A stretch of DNA of 64,000 bases from Pecten maximus. Its lineage: Eukaryota. The DNA lies in assembly GCF_902652985.1 (NCBI RefSeq), contig NC_047020.1:14322001-14386000 (forward strand), given 5' to 3'. Position 1 is the first letter of the stretch, and the number at the start of each line of letters is the position of its first letter. The translations under genes and the position numbers were made by a program. Positions 50,001 through 61,073 of the stretch are shown in pieces. The notes under the pieces are model-generated. The model worked only from the letters and a program-made list of their open reading frames with translations. It ran no database searches and was not told the DNA's origin.

Positions 50001-51114
50001 TTCCAGTCATATCGGCCTTCAGGGATGCTTGCGAAGAGCGAAGGAGTCGTTATATTGGCCAAACCTGTATTCAGATTTTGAAAAACATATTCAGGCATGC
50101 AAGACTTGCAATACTTACTCAGCTGAAAATAGCCGAGAGCCCATGATACCACACGAAACCCCGAATCGGCCATGGGAGAAAGTAGGTGTGGATTTGTTCC
50201 ATACAGCTGGAAAAGATTACCTTCTCACTGTGGACTACTATTCTGATTTTGTTGAGATTGACCGCCTCCATGACAAGAAGGGCAACGAGGTCATCAGAAA
50301 GTTAAAGTCTCATTTCTCGCGGTATGGGTTACCATGCATAGTAATGTCTGACAATGGTCCACCATTCAACGGAAAACAATTCTCAGATTTTTCGAAAGAA
50401 TATGAATTCCAACACATCACTAGTTCACCAAGATATCCACAGTCCAATGGTAAGGTGGAAAATGCGGTGAGAACTGTAAAGCGAATTCTGGAAAAATCAA
50501 GGAAGGATCGACGGGACCCTTATCTTGCTATTTTGGATTGGCGGAACACGCCAGGAGAGATAGTGAAGTCATCCCCAGTGCAAAGACTGTACGGTAGAAG
50601 GACTAGGACTTTGCTTCCATTAACAACGCCATTATTGGAGCCAAGCACAATTCCTACGTCGGAGACAAGGAAAGACATAAACCAAAGAAAAGGAAAAGAA
50701 CAACATTACTACAATCGCGGCACTAAGGCGTTAGCTGAACTAATGCCTGGAGAAACGGTCAGAATGAAACCGACAGAACCAGGGAAGGAATGGACTAAAG
50801 CCCGTGTAAAGGGAAAAGTCAACATTCGATCATACAAGGTTCAAACTGAAGAGGGTTCGACTTATCGGAGAAACAGGCGTCATCTCCATAAGACTCCTGA
50901 AGTTTTCACAGAGGATGATGGTCAGTTAAATGCGACACCAGAAGGAGATGTTCCAGACACACCGAATGTCAACGAGGACCAGGCACCTCCCACTACTGAC
51001 CATGAGGAGCCACATGCAGAGGTCACGCTCAGGAGGTCCAATCGTGAAGTGAACAGACCGAATTACCTGAATGACTACGTGTGCATCTTGAATCGCGACC
51101 GAAAACAACAGTGA
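47017..51114 (+). CDS. Gag-Pol polyprotein (1365 aa)
   Basis: Two Zn knuckles (CDACGFRH...C, CAACGKLNH...C), protease LDSGS, RT MPFGI...IHDD, RNase H CDAS, integrase HSSH...CKTC plus D-D-E (VDLF, SDNG, KVENA); PR-RT-RH-IN order is Gypsy. Confidence 0.97.
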   Translation: MANTGNSAPIVVQVPSNLPVPAALELRGNLCSNWKKFRRIWDNYEIASSLINKTKELRTATLLTCIGPDTLQIYDGLTFDNSSDKTDITKVLEKFERFCIGQTNETYERYLFNNRAQDQGETIDAYVAALRSLAKTCNYGTLEESLIRDRIVMGVRENATRKKLLQDQSLTLKKCIDICRSFEKSFQHMKDITSEEVKACGKKESNHSQSQEKTRNSAGTHKRQSQKSMISCDACGFRHDEERCPAWGKVCAACGKLNHFAKKCRSKPRQGYGNQNRRNRPKVYQLEEVNESSDEEFIFTVHKKDVNSIKHVGQPNKIHTIIDINGVLVECQLDSGSTVNVLPKSKYLQVFDDPQLEKLSETDMTLVMFNQSEMTPVGVRRVQVRNPKNRKKYSVEFVVVDQTVKPILGARVIQAMNLITVNKHNLYPKAEAPKEEVLQASTTDNTMFEGLGKLAGKLHLEVDPTVPPTKIPVRRIPVSLKDRVQDELMRLTNLGVITPVTTPTDWISSIVVVKKHNGNLGLCIDPKPLNKALKRNNYAMPTIEDILPELNKARLFSVVDAKDGFWHIELDEESSYLTTFGTPWGRYRWIRMPFGISPAPEEFQRRLDEALEGLEGTKAIHDDIVVFGCGDTDAEARQDHDRKLHALFDRCREKNIKLNKEKLKLCLSSVTYLGHVISERGLEMDPAKVKAITEMPTPKDKAGIQRLLGMINFVQKFAPRLSELTSPLRDLLKKDSEFVWDEAVHGQAFSEIKATLSDTPVLRYFDPKKQTILQCDASEYGLGACLLQEGHPVGYASRALTATECNYAQIEKELLAVVFGMTKFEQYTYGNKVIVESDHKPLEIIHKKNLFSTPKRLQRMLLNLQRFDYTIIYKKGTHMYMADTLSRAFLPSTDEERRNISHNIEVEQVNGVKHLAVSPETLCRLQRATKTDTNLAELMCVIRRGWPDSMEQLSLEVKKYFPFREKLTIQNGLVFKNDRVIVPFSERQNMIERAHSSHIGLQGCLRRAKESLYWPNLYSDFEKHIQACKTCNTYSAENSREPMIPHETPNRPWEKVGVDLFHTAGKDYLLTVDYYSDFVEIDRLHDKKGNEVIRKLKSHFSRYGLPCIVMSDNGPPFNGKQFSDFSKEYEFQHITSSPRYPQSNGKVENAVRTVKRILEKSRKDRRDPYLAILDWRNTPGEIVKSSPVQRLYGRRTRTLLPLTTPLLEPSTIPTSETRKDINQRKGKEQHYYNRGTKALAELMPGETVRMKPTEPGKEWTKARVKGKVNIRSYKVQTEEGSTYRRNRRHLHKTPEVFTEDDGQLNATPEGDVPDTPNVNEDQAPPTTDHEEPHAEVTLRRSNREVNRPNYLNDYVCILNRDRKQQ

Positions 51115-51404
51115 AGTGCCAAAATACACGTGTTTATCTAGATGTCTAGTCAGTAGTGTGTTTGTTAATTTAAAGATACTCTACGTAATCTTTTTGTGAA
51201 TCTCTGAATCATACAGAACACTTATCTAGTCATATTGTTCAGACATTGTTCCAAGGACTTTCCAAATCACCTAGTAGTTAGTTTGTTAAACGTTTATAGT
51301 TAGTTGTTGTGTTAATAAGTCGGTTAGGACAGTGTAGGTCAAATGGCACAACCGCGTTTGTAGTGACTGTAAGTAAGGGAAACTCTGAACTAAATTAAAG
51401 TGCT

Positions 51405-51416
51405 AAACGAGGGGGA
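51405..51416 (+). promoter_or_regulatory. Polypurine tract
   Basis: Purine-rich aaacgaggggga directly before the 3' LTR. Confidence 0.8.
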
Positions 51417-51627
51417 TGTGACGATAGTTATCGTATAAACTTTAACATAAATAATGGTCACCCCCATTCTGTATAATGAGTGCTCCCTTGTTGTGTACAT
51501 GATAACTACGTCATCAGTTTGTGTGAGGACCATGCCTGTTTTACAATGTGAAGAATACACCGGCACCTGCCGACTGAAGTTATTAGCATCAAATCTGGTT
51601 GTCTATTCAAGCTTGAACGACGCTACA
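51417..51627 (+). repeat. 3' LTR
   Basis: TG...CA, followed by the GTGTC TSD. Confidence 0.97.
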
Positions 51628-51959
51628 GTGTCTACTTCATGTCTATTTCAGTAGCCTAAGACTACTGGATTCCCCTGATATATCAGACCGCGTTCCTGAC
51701 AGTTTACTGCTAAATTATTCACCAGTAAGGTTACATCAATGATTGCCCTCGTTTCATATGGTCGAGGTTTTACCCCCTTCGAAATAATAAAATATTGTTT
51801 GATGCTATTCATATTTGGAAACATGATTAGATATGAAAACAACAAAACACTTTCATCAAAATATAAATGCATTACTAAGAGCTGATGCCTTCGAGTAATT
51901 GTTGCGACAATGACATCATTAAGATAATTAACAACATAAAGTTGGCACACTGAGATAAC

Positions 51960-53387
51960 ACAGCGTCAACACGCTGGGCAATCTACACCACAGCGTCAAC
52001 ACGCTGGAAAACATACACTATGGAGTCAACACGCTGGAAAACATACACTATGGAGTCAACACGCTGGACAACATACACTATGGAGTCAACACACTGGAGA
52101 ACATACACTATGGAGTCAACACGCTGGACAACATACACTATGGAGTCAACACGCTGGACAACATACACTATGGAGTCAACACGCTGGACAACATACACTA
52201 TGGAGTCAACACGCTGGGAAACATACACTATGGAGTCAACACGCTGGACAACATACACTATGGAGTCAACACGCTGGAAAACAAACACTACGGAGTCAAC
52301 ACGCTGGACAACATACACTATGGAGTCAACACACTGGACAACATACACTATGGAGTCAACACGCTGGAAAACATACACTATGGAGTCAACACGCTGGACA
52401 ACATACACTATGGAGTCAACACGCTGGACAACATACACTATGGAGTCAACACGCTGGACAACATACACTATGGGGTCAACACGCTGGACAACATACACTA
52501 TGGAGTCAACACGCTGGAAAACATACACTATGGAGTCAACACGCTGGACAACATACACTATGGAGTCAACACGCTGGACAACATACACTATGGAGTCAAC
52601 ACGCTGGACAACATACACTATGGAGTCAACACGCTGGACAACATACACTATGGAGTCAACACGCTGGGAAACATACACTATGGAGTCAACACGCTGGACA
52701 ACATACACTATGGAGTCAACACGCTGGAAAACAAACACTACGGAGTCAACACGCTGGACAACATACACTATGGAGTCAACACACTGGACAACATACACTA
52801 TGGAGTCAACACGCTGGAAAACATACACTATGGAGTCAACACGCTGGACAACATACACTATGGAGTCAACACGCTGGACAACATACACTATGGGGTCAAC
52901 ACGCTGGACAACATACACTATGGAGTCAACACGCTGGAAAACATACACTATGGAGTCAACACGCTGGACAACATACACTATGGAGTCAACACGCTGGACA
53001 ACATACACTATGGAGTCAACACGCTGGACAACATACACTATGGAGTCAACACGCTGGACAACATACACTATGGAGTCAACACGCTGGGAAACATACACTA
53101 TGGAGTCAACACGCTGGACAACATACACTATGGAGTCAACACGCTGGAAAACAAACACTACGGAGTCAACACGCTGGACAACATACACTATGGAGTCAAC
53201 ACGCTGGACAACATACACTATGGAGTCAACACGCTGGACAACATACACTATGGAGTCAACACGCTGGACAACATACACTATGGAGTCAACACGCTGGACA
53301 ACATACACTATGGAGTCAACACGCTGGACAACATACACTATGGAGTCAACACGCTGGAAAACATACACTATGGAGTCAACACACTGA
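51960..53387. repeat. 30-bp minisatellite, about 47 copies, with higher-order structure
   Basis: Unit tggagtcaacacgctggacaacatacacta. Confidence 0.97.
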
Positions 53388-53479
53388 ACTTACACCTCCA
53401 CATCATCATAACATTTCAACGCATACGATAGCGTCAATACACTGGCGAACATCAACAAAGAGTACATTAAGACAGCATA

Positions 53480-54170
53480 CAATACAACGTCAACACACTG
53501 AGACAGCATACATCATAATGTCAACACTGAGACAGTATATATCATAATGCCAACACTGAGACAGTATATATCATAATGCCAACACAATGAGACAGCATAT
53601 ATCATAATGTCAACACTGAGACAGTATATATCATAATGCCAACACTGAGACAGTATATATCATAATGCCAACACACTGAGACAGCATACATCATACTGTC
53701 AACACTGAGACAGTATATATCATAATGCCAACACTGAGACAGTATATATCATAATGCCAACACACTGAGACAGTATATATCATAATGCCAACACTGAGAC
53801 AGTATATATCATAATGCCAACACACTGAGACAGTATATATCATAATGCCAACACACTGAGACAGCATACATCATACTGTCAACACTGAGACAGTATATAT
53901 CATAATGCCAACACTGAGACAGTATATATCATAATGCCAACACACTGAGACAGTATATATCATAATGCCAACACTGAGACAGTATATATCATAATGCGAA
54001 CACACTGAGACAGTATATATCATAATGCCAACACACTGAGACAGCCTACATCATAATGTCAACACTGAGACAGTATATATCATAATGCCTACACTCTGAG
54101 ACAGCATACATCATAATGTCAACACTGAGACAGTATATATCATAATGCCTACACTCTGAGACAGCATACA
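53480..54170. repeat. 29/31-bp minisatellite
   Basis: Unit gagacagtatatatcataatgccaac(ac)act. Confidence 0.95.
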
Positions 54171-55800
54171 TTACAACGTAAACACACTGGGACAATATAT
54201 ACCACAACGTAAACACACTAGACAAGTCGTACCACAACGTTAACACAATGGGACAAAACATATCACAACGTTAACACAATGGACAAAACATATCACAACG
54301 TAAACAAACTGGGACAAAATATACCACAACGTAAACACACTGGGACAAAACATACCACAACGTAAACACACTGGGACAAAAACATACCACAACGTAAACA
54401 CACTGGGACAAAAATATACCACAACGTAAACACACTGGGACAAAACATACCACAACGTTAACACAATGGGACAAAACATATCACAACGTTAACACAATGG
54501 ACAAAACATACCACAACGTAAACAAACTGGGACAAAATATACCACAACGTAATCATATTGGGACAATATATACCACAACGTAAACACACTGGGACAAAAT
54601 ATACCACAACGTAATCACACTAGACAAGTCGTACCACAACGTTAACACAATGGACAAAACATACAACAACGTAAACACACTGGGACAAAATATACTACAA
54701 CGTAAACACACTGGGACAAACTTGCCACGATGTAAACATATAGGGTCAAAATATACCACAACTTAAACACACTGGGACAAAACATACCATAACGTTAACA
54801 CACTGGGACAAAACATACCACAACGTTAACACAATGGACAAAACATACCACAACGTAAACACACTGGGACAAAACATACCACAACGTAAACACACTGGGA
54901 CAAAATATACCACTACGTATACACACTAGACAAGTCGTACCACAACGTTAACACAATGGACAAAACATACAACAACGTAAACACACTGGGACAAAATATA
55001 CTACAACGTAAACACACTGGGACAAAATATACCACAACGTAAACACACTGGACAAAACATACCACAACGTAAACACACTGGGACAAAATATACCACAACG
55101 TAAACACACTGGGACAAAACATACCACAACGTAAACACACTGGGACAAAACATACCACAACTTAAACACACTGGGACAAAATATACCACAACTTAAACAC
55201 ACTCGGACAAAATATACCATAACGTAAACACACTGGGACAAAACATATCACAACGTAAACACACTAGACAAGTCGTACCACAACGTAAACACACTGGGAC
55301 AAAACATATCACAACGTTAACACAATGGACAAAACATACCACAACGTAAACACACTGGGACAAAATATACCACAACGTAAACACACTCGGACAAAATATA
55401 CCATAACGTTAACACACTAGACAAGTCGTACCACAACGTTAACACACTGGGACAAAAACATACCACAACGTAAACACACTGGGACAAAACATACCACAAC
55501 GTAAACACACTGGGACAAAAACATACCACAACGTTAACACACGGGGACAACTTGCCACAACGTAAACACACTGGGATAAAAACATACCACAACGTTAACA
55601 CACTGGGACAAACTTGCCACCACGTAAACACACTTGGACAAAATATACCACAACGTTAAAACACTGGGACAAAATATACCACAACGTTAACACACTGGGA
55701 CAAAAACATACCACAACGTTAACACACTGGGACAAACTTGCCACCACGTAAACACACTTGGACAAACTTGCCACAATGTAAACACACTGGGGCAAAACAT
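54170..55800. repeat. 30-32-bp minisatellite
   Basis: Unit accacaacgtaaacacactgggacaaaatat and variants. Confidence 0.95.
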
Positions 55801-55804
55801 ACAT

Positions 55805-56120
55805 GTACCACAACATTGCACACTAGGCAAATCATATCACAACTTAAACACCATAGACAGATCATACCACAACATTGCACACTAGGCAAATCATATCACA
55901 ACTTAAACACCATAGACAGATCATACCACAACATTGCACACTAGGCAAATCATATCACAACTTAAACACCACAGACAGATCATACCACAACATTGCACAC
56001 TAGTCAAATCATATCACAACTTAAACACCACAGACAGATCATACCACAACGTAAACACAACAGGTAAAATCATACCACATCGTAAACACAACAGGCCAAA
56101 TCATACCACAACGTAAACAC
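55805..56120. repeat. ~59-bp dimeric minisatellite
   Basis: Unit ccacaacattgcacactaggcaaatcatatcacaacttaaacaccatagacagatcata, about 4 copies then decay. Confidence 0.9.
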
Positions 56121-56758
56121 AGTGTGATCTTAATGTAATCTTAGCGAAGCGTTTATATTTTTCTGACAACTGCGCATCTGTTATTTCCTTCATGTTTATT
56201 AATAGCGTCCGCAGCAAAGACAAATGAACGTTAATCTTTATAAGATACTCGAAACAGAAGTAAACTGGTCCTCGTGAAGTTTGTGTATATAAGACAAACC
56301 AAACGGCTTAACAGAAAAGACCACAATGTCACTGTGGGGCGACGTTTTACCAGAGGTAGAATCTGCACCATATCAAAATCTCACATAAGGTAACTAAAAC
56401 TTAGTAATTTAAGTGAGGTATATAAGCAGATAATTCACTTTCGAAGATGGCCAATAGACCCTTTATAGACATTAAAACTAAGCTGAAAGTAAAAATCCCT
56501 GAGAAAATATACCAAATATCAATAGCATGGAATGCAAATTATCAAATATGTCAAATGCCAACAGTCAGAAATAAAATAAGAATCTGCACAAAAGCTGATA
56601 TCAAAGAATATCATCACTCCTTTAACACTTTAGCAGTAAGGAGGGGAATCCCACAAAATGGTAGTTTAAACGAGCTCAAATTAATTTAACAACTATATTA
56701 ATGTCACTAATAAGCTAAATAAATCAACTCAGGAGATAAAGCAACGGGTAAAGAAAAT

Positions 56759-57447
56759 TCAGTTGGCCATTTTCGAGCCAATTGTTCGTAAGTAGCTGAC
56801 AATAGAAGCCATGTCCGGGAGTATTATACAACCCAACATGGTTGCAATCAACACCGTTCCACAAACTCCAATCGTGTTTGCAGACGTTCGATAGTCCGGG
56901 GCTGATGTCTTCTTGCGAATGTATGACGACAGCAGTGTCTTGTTTACAGACAGCTTCTTCTTTGTTTCTGCTACAAGAGATAGCATCTCTTTGTGTGTCA
57001 TATTCGCGAATATGAAAGTGCCATTCCGAGACTTTGTTCCACATGGGCAGAAACACTTCCCTCCAGTTTTTGAGGAAGGGACAACAGCTGATATTTCGGT
57101 GGTGCTCACTTCCGAGAAAGCTTGCTGCTGTACAGATGAGGGTGTTGGTTGCAGAGAAGAGATTTCTAGTGTGTTGTCAAATGTAGTGGTTGTACTAGCT
57201 ACAAAGGCACTTGTTAAACTTGATTGCAGCACAGCAGAGGATGACATGAAGTCTGATGCAGCCATCAACTCTGACGTAATCGTTATCGATTCTCGTGTGG
57301 TTAACAGTTGTGATGTAACCATCTCTGGTATTGCCGTCAATTCTGAAGTGGTCATCAATTCTGATGCCGCCATCATATCTGAGCTTGTCATCAAATCGGA
57401 TGCGGTTATCATTGTAGTAGATTCCACAGTTGATGTTAGTAGTGTAT
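56759..57447 (-). CDS. Last exon: Ser/Thr-rich stalk, CxCPC, basic juxtamembrane motif and TM helix
   Basis: S/T-rich tract, CFCPCG, LSVNKTLLSSYIRKKTSAPDYRTSA, hydrophobic IGVCGTVLIATMLGCIIL, stop at 56759. Confidence 0.85.
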
Positions 57448-57668
57448 CTATGCATATAAATACTTTTAGTCAGAACTCAGTCATAATTTCCCCCTTTTGG
57501 AAAGCAGTATATAATAGATAATACAATAACTTTGAGGGAAAACAGTGTTGATTTTATCTCAATAAACATGACCGAGCACATTTACATAGTTGGTAAAATA
57601 TTAGAAAACCTGTTTTATAAAGGTACAAATATTAATAATGCTGAAAATATTCGAAAAAGGATACTTAC

Positions 57669-57755
57669 AGCTCAATACGGTTGCACAGTCTTCGTCAATC
57701 ATTCCGTCTGAATCGTGGTCCTGGATATATCTACCTTCTGCTATCGGAGATGTAT
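57669..57755 (-). CDS. Acidic metal-binding-like repeat exon 2
   Basis: DHDSDGMIDEDC; phase 1-1; GTAAGT donor. Confidence 0.85.
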
Positions 57756-58409
57756 CTGAAAGGAAGTGTTCATATAAGGATTTCGATGACGGAAACAACA
57801 AAAGAATTCCAATGTCTGAAATAACATAAGGGTTTCGAAGTCTTGAAACAACAAATACAAACGCGCCGTTTTTATGTCATTTGTATGGTAGTCTGCGCTT
57901 GTAAGCGATTTGTTTTAATGTATATCTCTTGTTTTCCCCTCACATTTATAATCTTATGTATATGTTTACTACTGATAACACTTTTTTATATATGTGATAT
58001 GTCTACAATTCTCACAAATTGATATCATACCTCCTTGAAGTGGTATCACACACCCTAAACAGTGATATCACACACCCTGTACAAATCCTTTTTTTGCCAT
58101 TTCGACCTATTTTTACCGCTTTTGATGTGAAAATTAACGAATTGTTGAATTATTCATCTTCTATATCAGCATAGACTATCAATAATGTACATGAAAATAT
58201 TGAAATTCTAAAACTTTATGTAAGTTTCTGAACAATGCCGTTTCCGGATTTTGCTTTACTTATTAGTTTGTGTGAAACTTGTCATCTGCGTAAATATAAA
58301 CAACGTTGACGACTGTATGAATAAATTAAATGATGTATTTAAGGTTCTTTTTTTTCTTGTATTTTTTTTAAATATGATAAGAATACATTGAAAAAATTAG
58401 CGTTTATAA

Positions 58410-58527
58410 TATGACCATTTTGATATCACACCTCTTATCAGCCCGAGAGTCTTGATATCAGTCCGAGTTGCAAAGGCCCGATGGACTCGAGGGCTAGTAA
58501 GGGGTGCGATATCAAAATGGTCATATG
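58410..58527. repeat. ~118-bp palindrome (end of an intronic non-autonomous element)
   Basis: atatgaccattttgatatc...gatatcaaaatggtcatat with ~43-bp arms. Confidence 0.85.
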
Positions 58528-58912
58528 ATAATCTCTAGATTTTTTAATGTATTCTTCAGTAAGGTCACAATATGCAGATGCTTAAATGTTGCTCTGAGTT
58601 TGTTGTTCATGGTTTATCTACCCCGGACAAGATATAGAATCTCATCCTCGGGGTACAATTCGTTTAACTTTAAACATACGCAAGGCCTACGGAATGTATG
58701 GTCTTCTAAAGGCATAAGTAAAGGATTCATATTACCCGTCTTACCCTCGAAGTGATGACGATTCCTTATCTATTAACCCTACTAAACCATTTAAACCCCT
58801 TTTCGGTAGAACGTTACTGATTTACAATGATGTGTTAATCTAGAACAAGAGCTTTTGTCTCCGTAATTCGTTATTTTTCTATTGTTATATGGATAACAGT
58901 AGTACATATTAC

Positions 58913-59012
58913 CCATTAGGTAGTACTCTTTCATGCACTTCTCTTCGTCTATTCGTCCATCGCAATCGTTGTCTATTTCATCATCGACATTGTTTTTCGT
59001 GACTGTGCACAT
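58913..59012 (-). CDS. Acidic metal-binding-like repeat exon 1
   Basis: DDEIDNDCDGRIDEEKC (MopE-like DNDCDG-x-IDE motif); phase 0-1. Confidence 0.85.
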
Positions 59013-59367
59013 CTGAAAACATCAGAGAATACCAACATTCAAATGAAACCGTAAATCCAACGACAAAACGCTGGCAAAATAAACCCTTGAAAAAATACAA
59101 GAATAATAAGACCAGATGTTGCTAGTTTGTCCATCATAAGTCGATATCTGTCACGGATTTAGTGCTAATAGGAACACGCCATAGAAGTAAACAAAGATTT
59201 CAACGAAGATTCCCTTCGGTATGTCTTGAACTAGATACTATTTAAGGTATCTAAGCTGTTAACATCAACTTTAAATCGAAACGATACTTCCGATATATTT
59301 ATTTATTTTGAAAATGATGTTTTTGATGGATGTGAACATTTAATGAGTATAAAACCTTTTGTCTAAC

Positions 59368-60605
59368 CTTCACGGGACCCATAGGTCGATGTAGGGCTAT
59401 TGCATAGCTTCCACTTGAATTCGTCGCACCTTTCCCAGTCAGGAATGCTGATATTCTCTCATTGATAGAGATAATGCTCACGGTACAGGCAATAGCCCTA
59501 GTTTTAAATTCATACTCGGTTTTAGCGCTCGTACCTTCTTCAACAATCAGCAAATCCCCTGTTAAGAAAGAGGCAACCCTAAGTACTATACTCTGGCGAT
59601 TGGCCAAAATGTGCAGAGTGGTCTCTGTGGAGCCTATTGGCCACTTAACATCATGCTTCTCTTCATACTGGCTCGTGGATACCAGCAATACCATCCAGCC
59701 GTCCCTAATTCCATCATCCTGTATGGCAACAACGAGTGCCTCCTTTGAGAAACTTACGAAATTTACGGAATTATTGGACTGAGTTATGTCAATGTAGGAT
59801 CCACGGAGAGGGAGAACATGTCTCTCCGTATCGACGCCATGCTCCCAGACTACGGTATTGGTTTCCTTGGAAACGATACGCACCAGCATGGAGGAAATAT
59901 TTTGCGGTACTGCCACCACCCTGCCGATCCAAGAACTAACAGGTGGCAATTGTTCTATGAATGTACCTGTTTGTGTTTTACCACCACATATAACAGCAAC
60001 CGGTGCTATGGCAGATATGTAGGTTCCCGTCAGATCCTGTTTTGATGTAAAGAAGAATGTTCGACCGACATACCCCAAATGCTTCGTTATCACAGAGCGA
60101 GAATGGTACGTCTGTCCATCTACATCGACTCTCACGTGATGGTCAGGGAGTCTGATGCGAACAACTGTTCTCAAATAAATGGATGTTACTGCACATCCGC
60201 AATGGCCGCCATCTTTGCAATACGTCACTGCATAGTAACTGGTACCAAGGACATCACACGGAAGTGCAGAGTAGCTTGCCATAGAATATTGTCCAGCAAT
60301 GCTAACAACAACTGCAGCCTCCGAATTCAGAACTGGCTCTAAGAGATATAACTTAACCCCTTTAGTGTGTAACCCTGTGGAGTCGATGGCGTTGCATTCT
60401 GGGAGAGTTATCGTGTGTGTATGACTGGGACTGTCTTTCTCTTCTGCGACAATAGACGAACATCTATGATCTAATTGACTGATACGTATGGTGTCGTTCA
60501 TATTTGGAGCATATCCATTCTCCTTTACGTCAATCGTCAGACGTATAAGGTCGTCGCCAAAATTTGGAAATACAACCAGGAAATTCAAGCCTGCCTCATC
60601 GGCGT
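59368..60605 (-). CDS. IgGFc-binding protein N-terminal-type domain exon
   Basis: GLNFLVVFPN, SYSALPCDVLGTSYYAV, DLTGTYISAIAPVAVICG, EQLPPVSSW are FCGBP N-terminal (IgGFc_binding) motifs; AG/GT-bounded. Confidence 0.85.
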
Positions 60606-61019
60606 CTGCAAAACCAAGAAAGTGTCAACATTTTACCATGTCATTAATAGTTTGTGATTTCTTCTCTCTTCTATGTTGCTTCATCGTTATACTGGCATAT
60701 TCCTCTCAAAATCCTATTTGAACTGTACGTATATACTTCTGTACTATAAGTATATACTTCAATACCGAATGCATAATTATTCTCTCCAAAAAATCGTATA
60801 CAAGGCACACAAGATAAAAGGAAATCAAGCCAGAATTAAGCATTTATACTGATGTAAAAGATGAAGTTAAGACTGATTAACTTCAAATAAAAAAGAAATT
60901 TTGAATGTAATGTAACGTTAGAGGAAGGAATCAACCTGTTATGTTTACTTTAGGAAACAAAATATATAAGTGGAAAAAAATATTAGAATATCGATGATTA
61001 AAGAAAGTTCCATATTTAC

Positions 61020-61073
61020 CATATGAGAATGATTTCTCGCAATCCTCTGTAGTCGTTCGATCAAATGGGTTGT
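61020..61073 (-). CDS. IgGFc-binding-domain membrane protein, probable upstream internal micro-exon
   Basis: 54 nt, AG/GT-bounded, phase 1-1, open (NPFDRTTTEDCEKSFSY); first exon not identified. Confidence 0.5.

Larger units (their letters stand above)
46698..51627 (+). mobile_element. Full-length Ty3/Gypsy LTR retrotransposon, Mag lineage (Steamer-like)
   Basis: 211-bp TG...CA LTRs at 46698-46908 and 51417-51627; GTGTC TSD at 46693-46697 and 51628-51632; PBS; PPT; single gag-pol ORF. Confidence 0.97.

Noticed and set aside
51983-53387. 461-aa and 455-aa ORFs on opposite strands
   Set aside because: By-product of a stop-free 30-bp unit; no unique coding flanks or splice context.
51960-56120. 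CRISPR-like appearance of ~30-bp repeats
   Set aside because: Head-to-tail units with no unique spacers, no cas genes, eukaryotic context.
56913-57521. 202-aa plus-strand ORF
   Set aside because: Antisense shadow of the Ser/Thr-rich exon.
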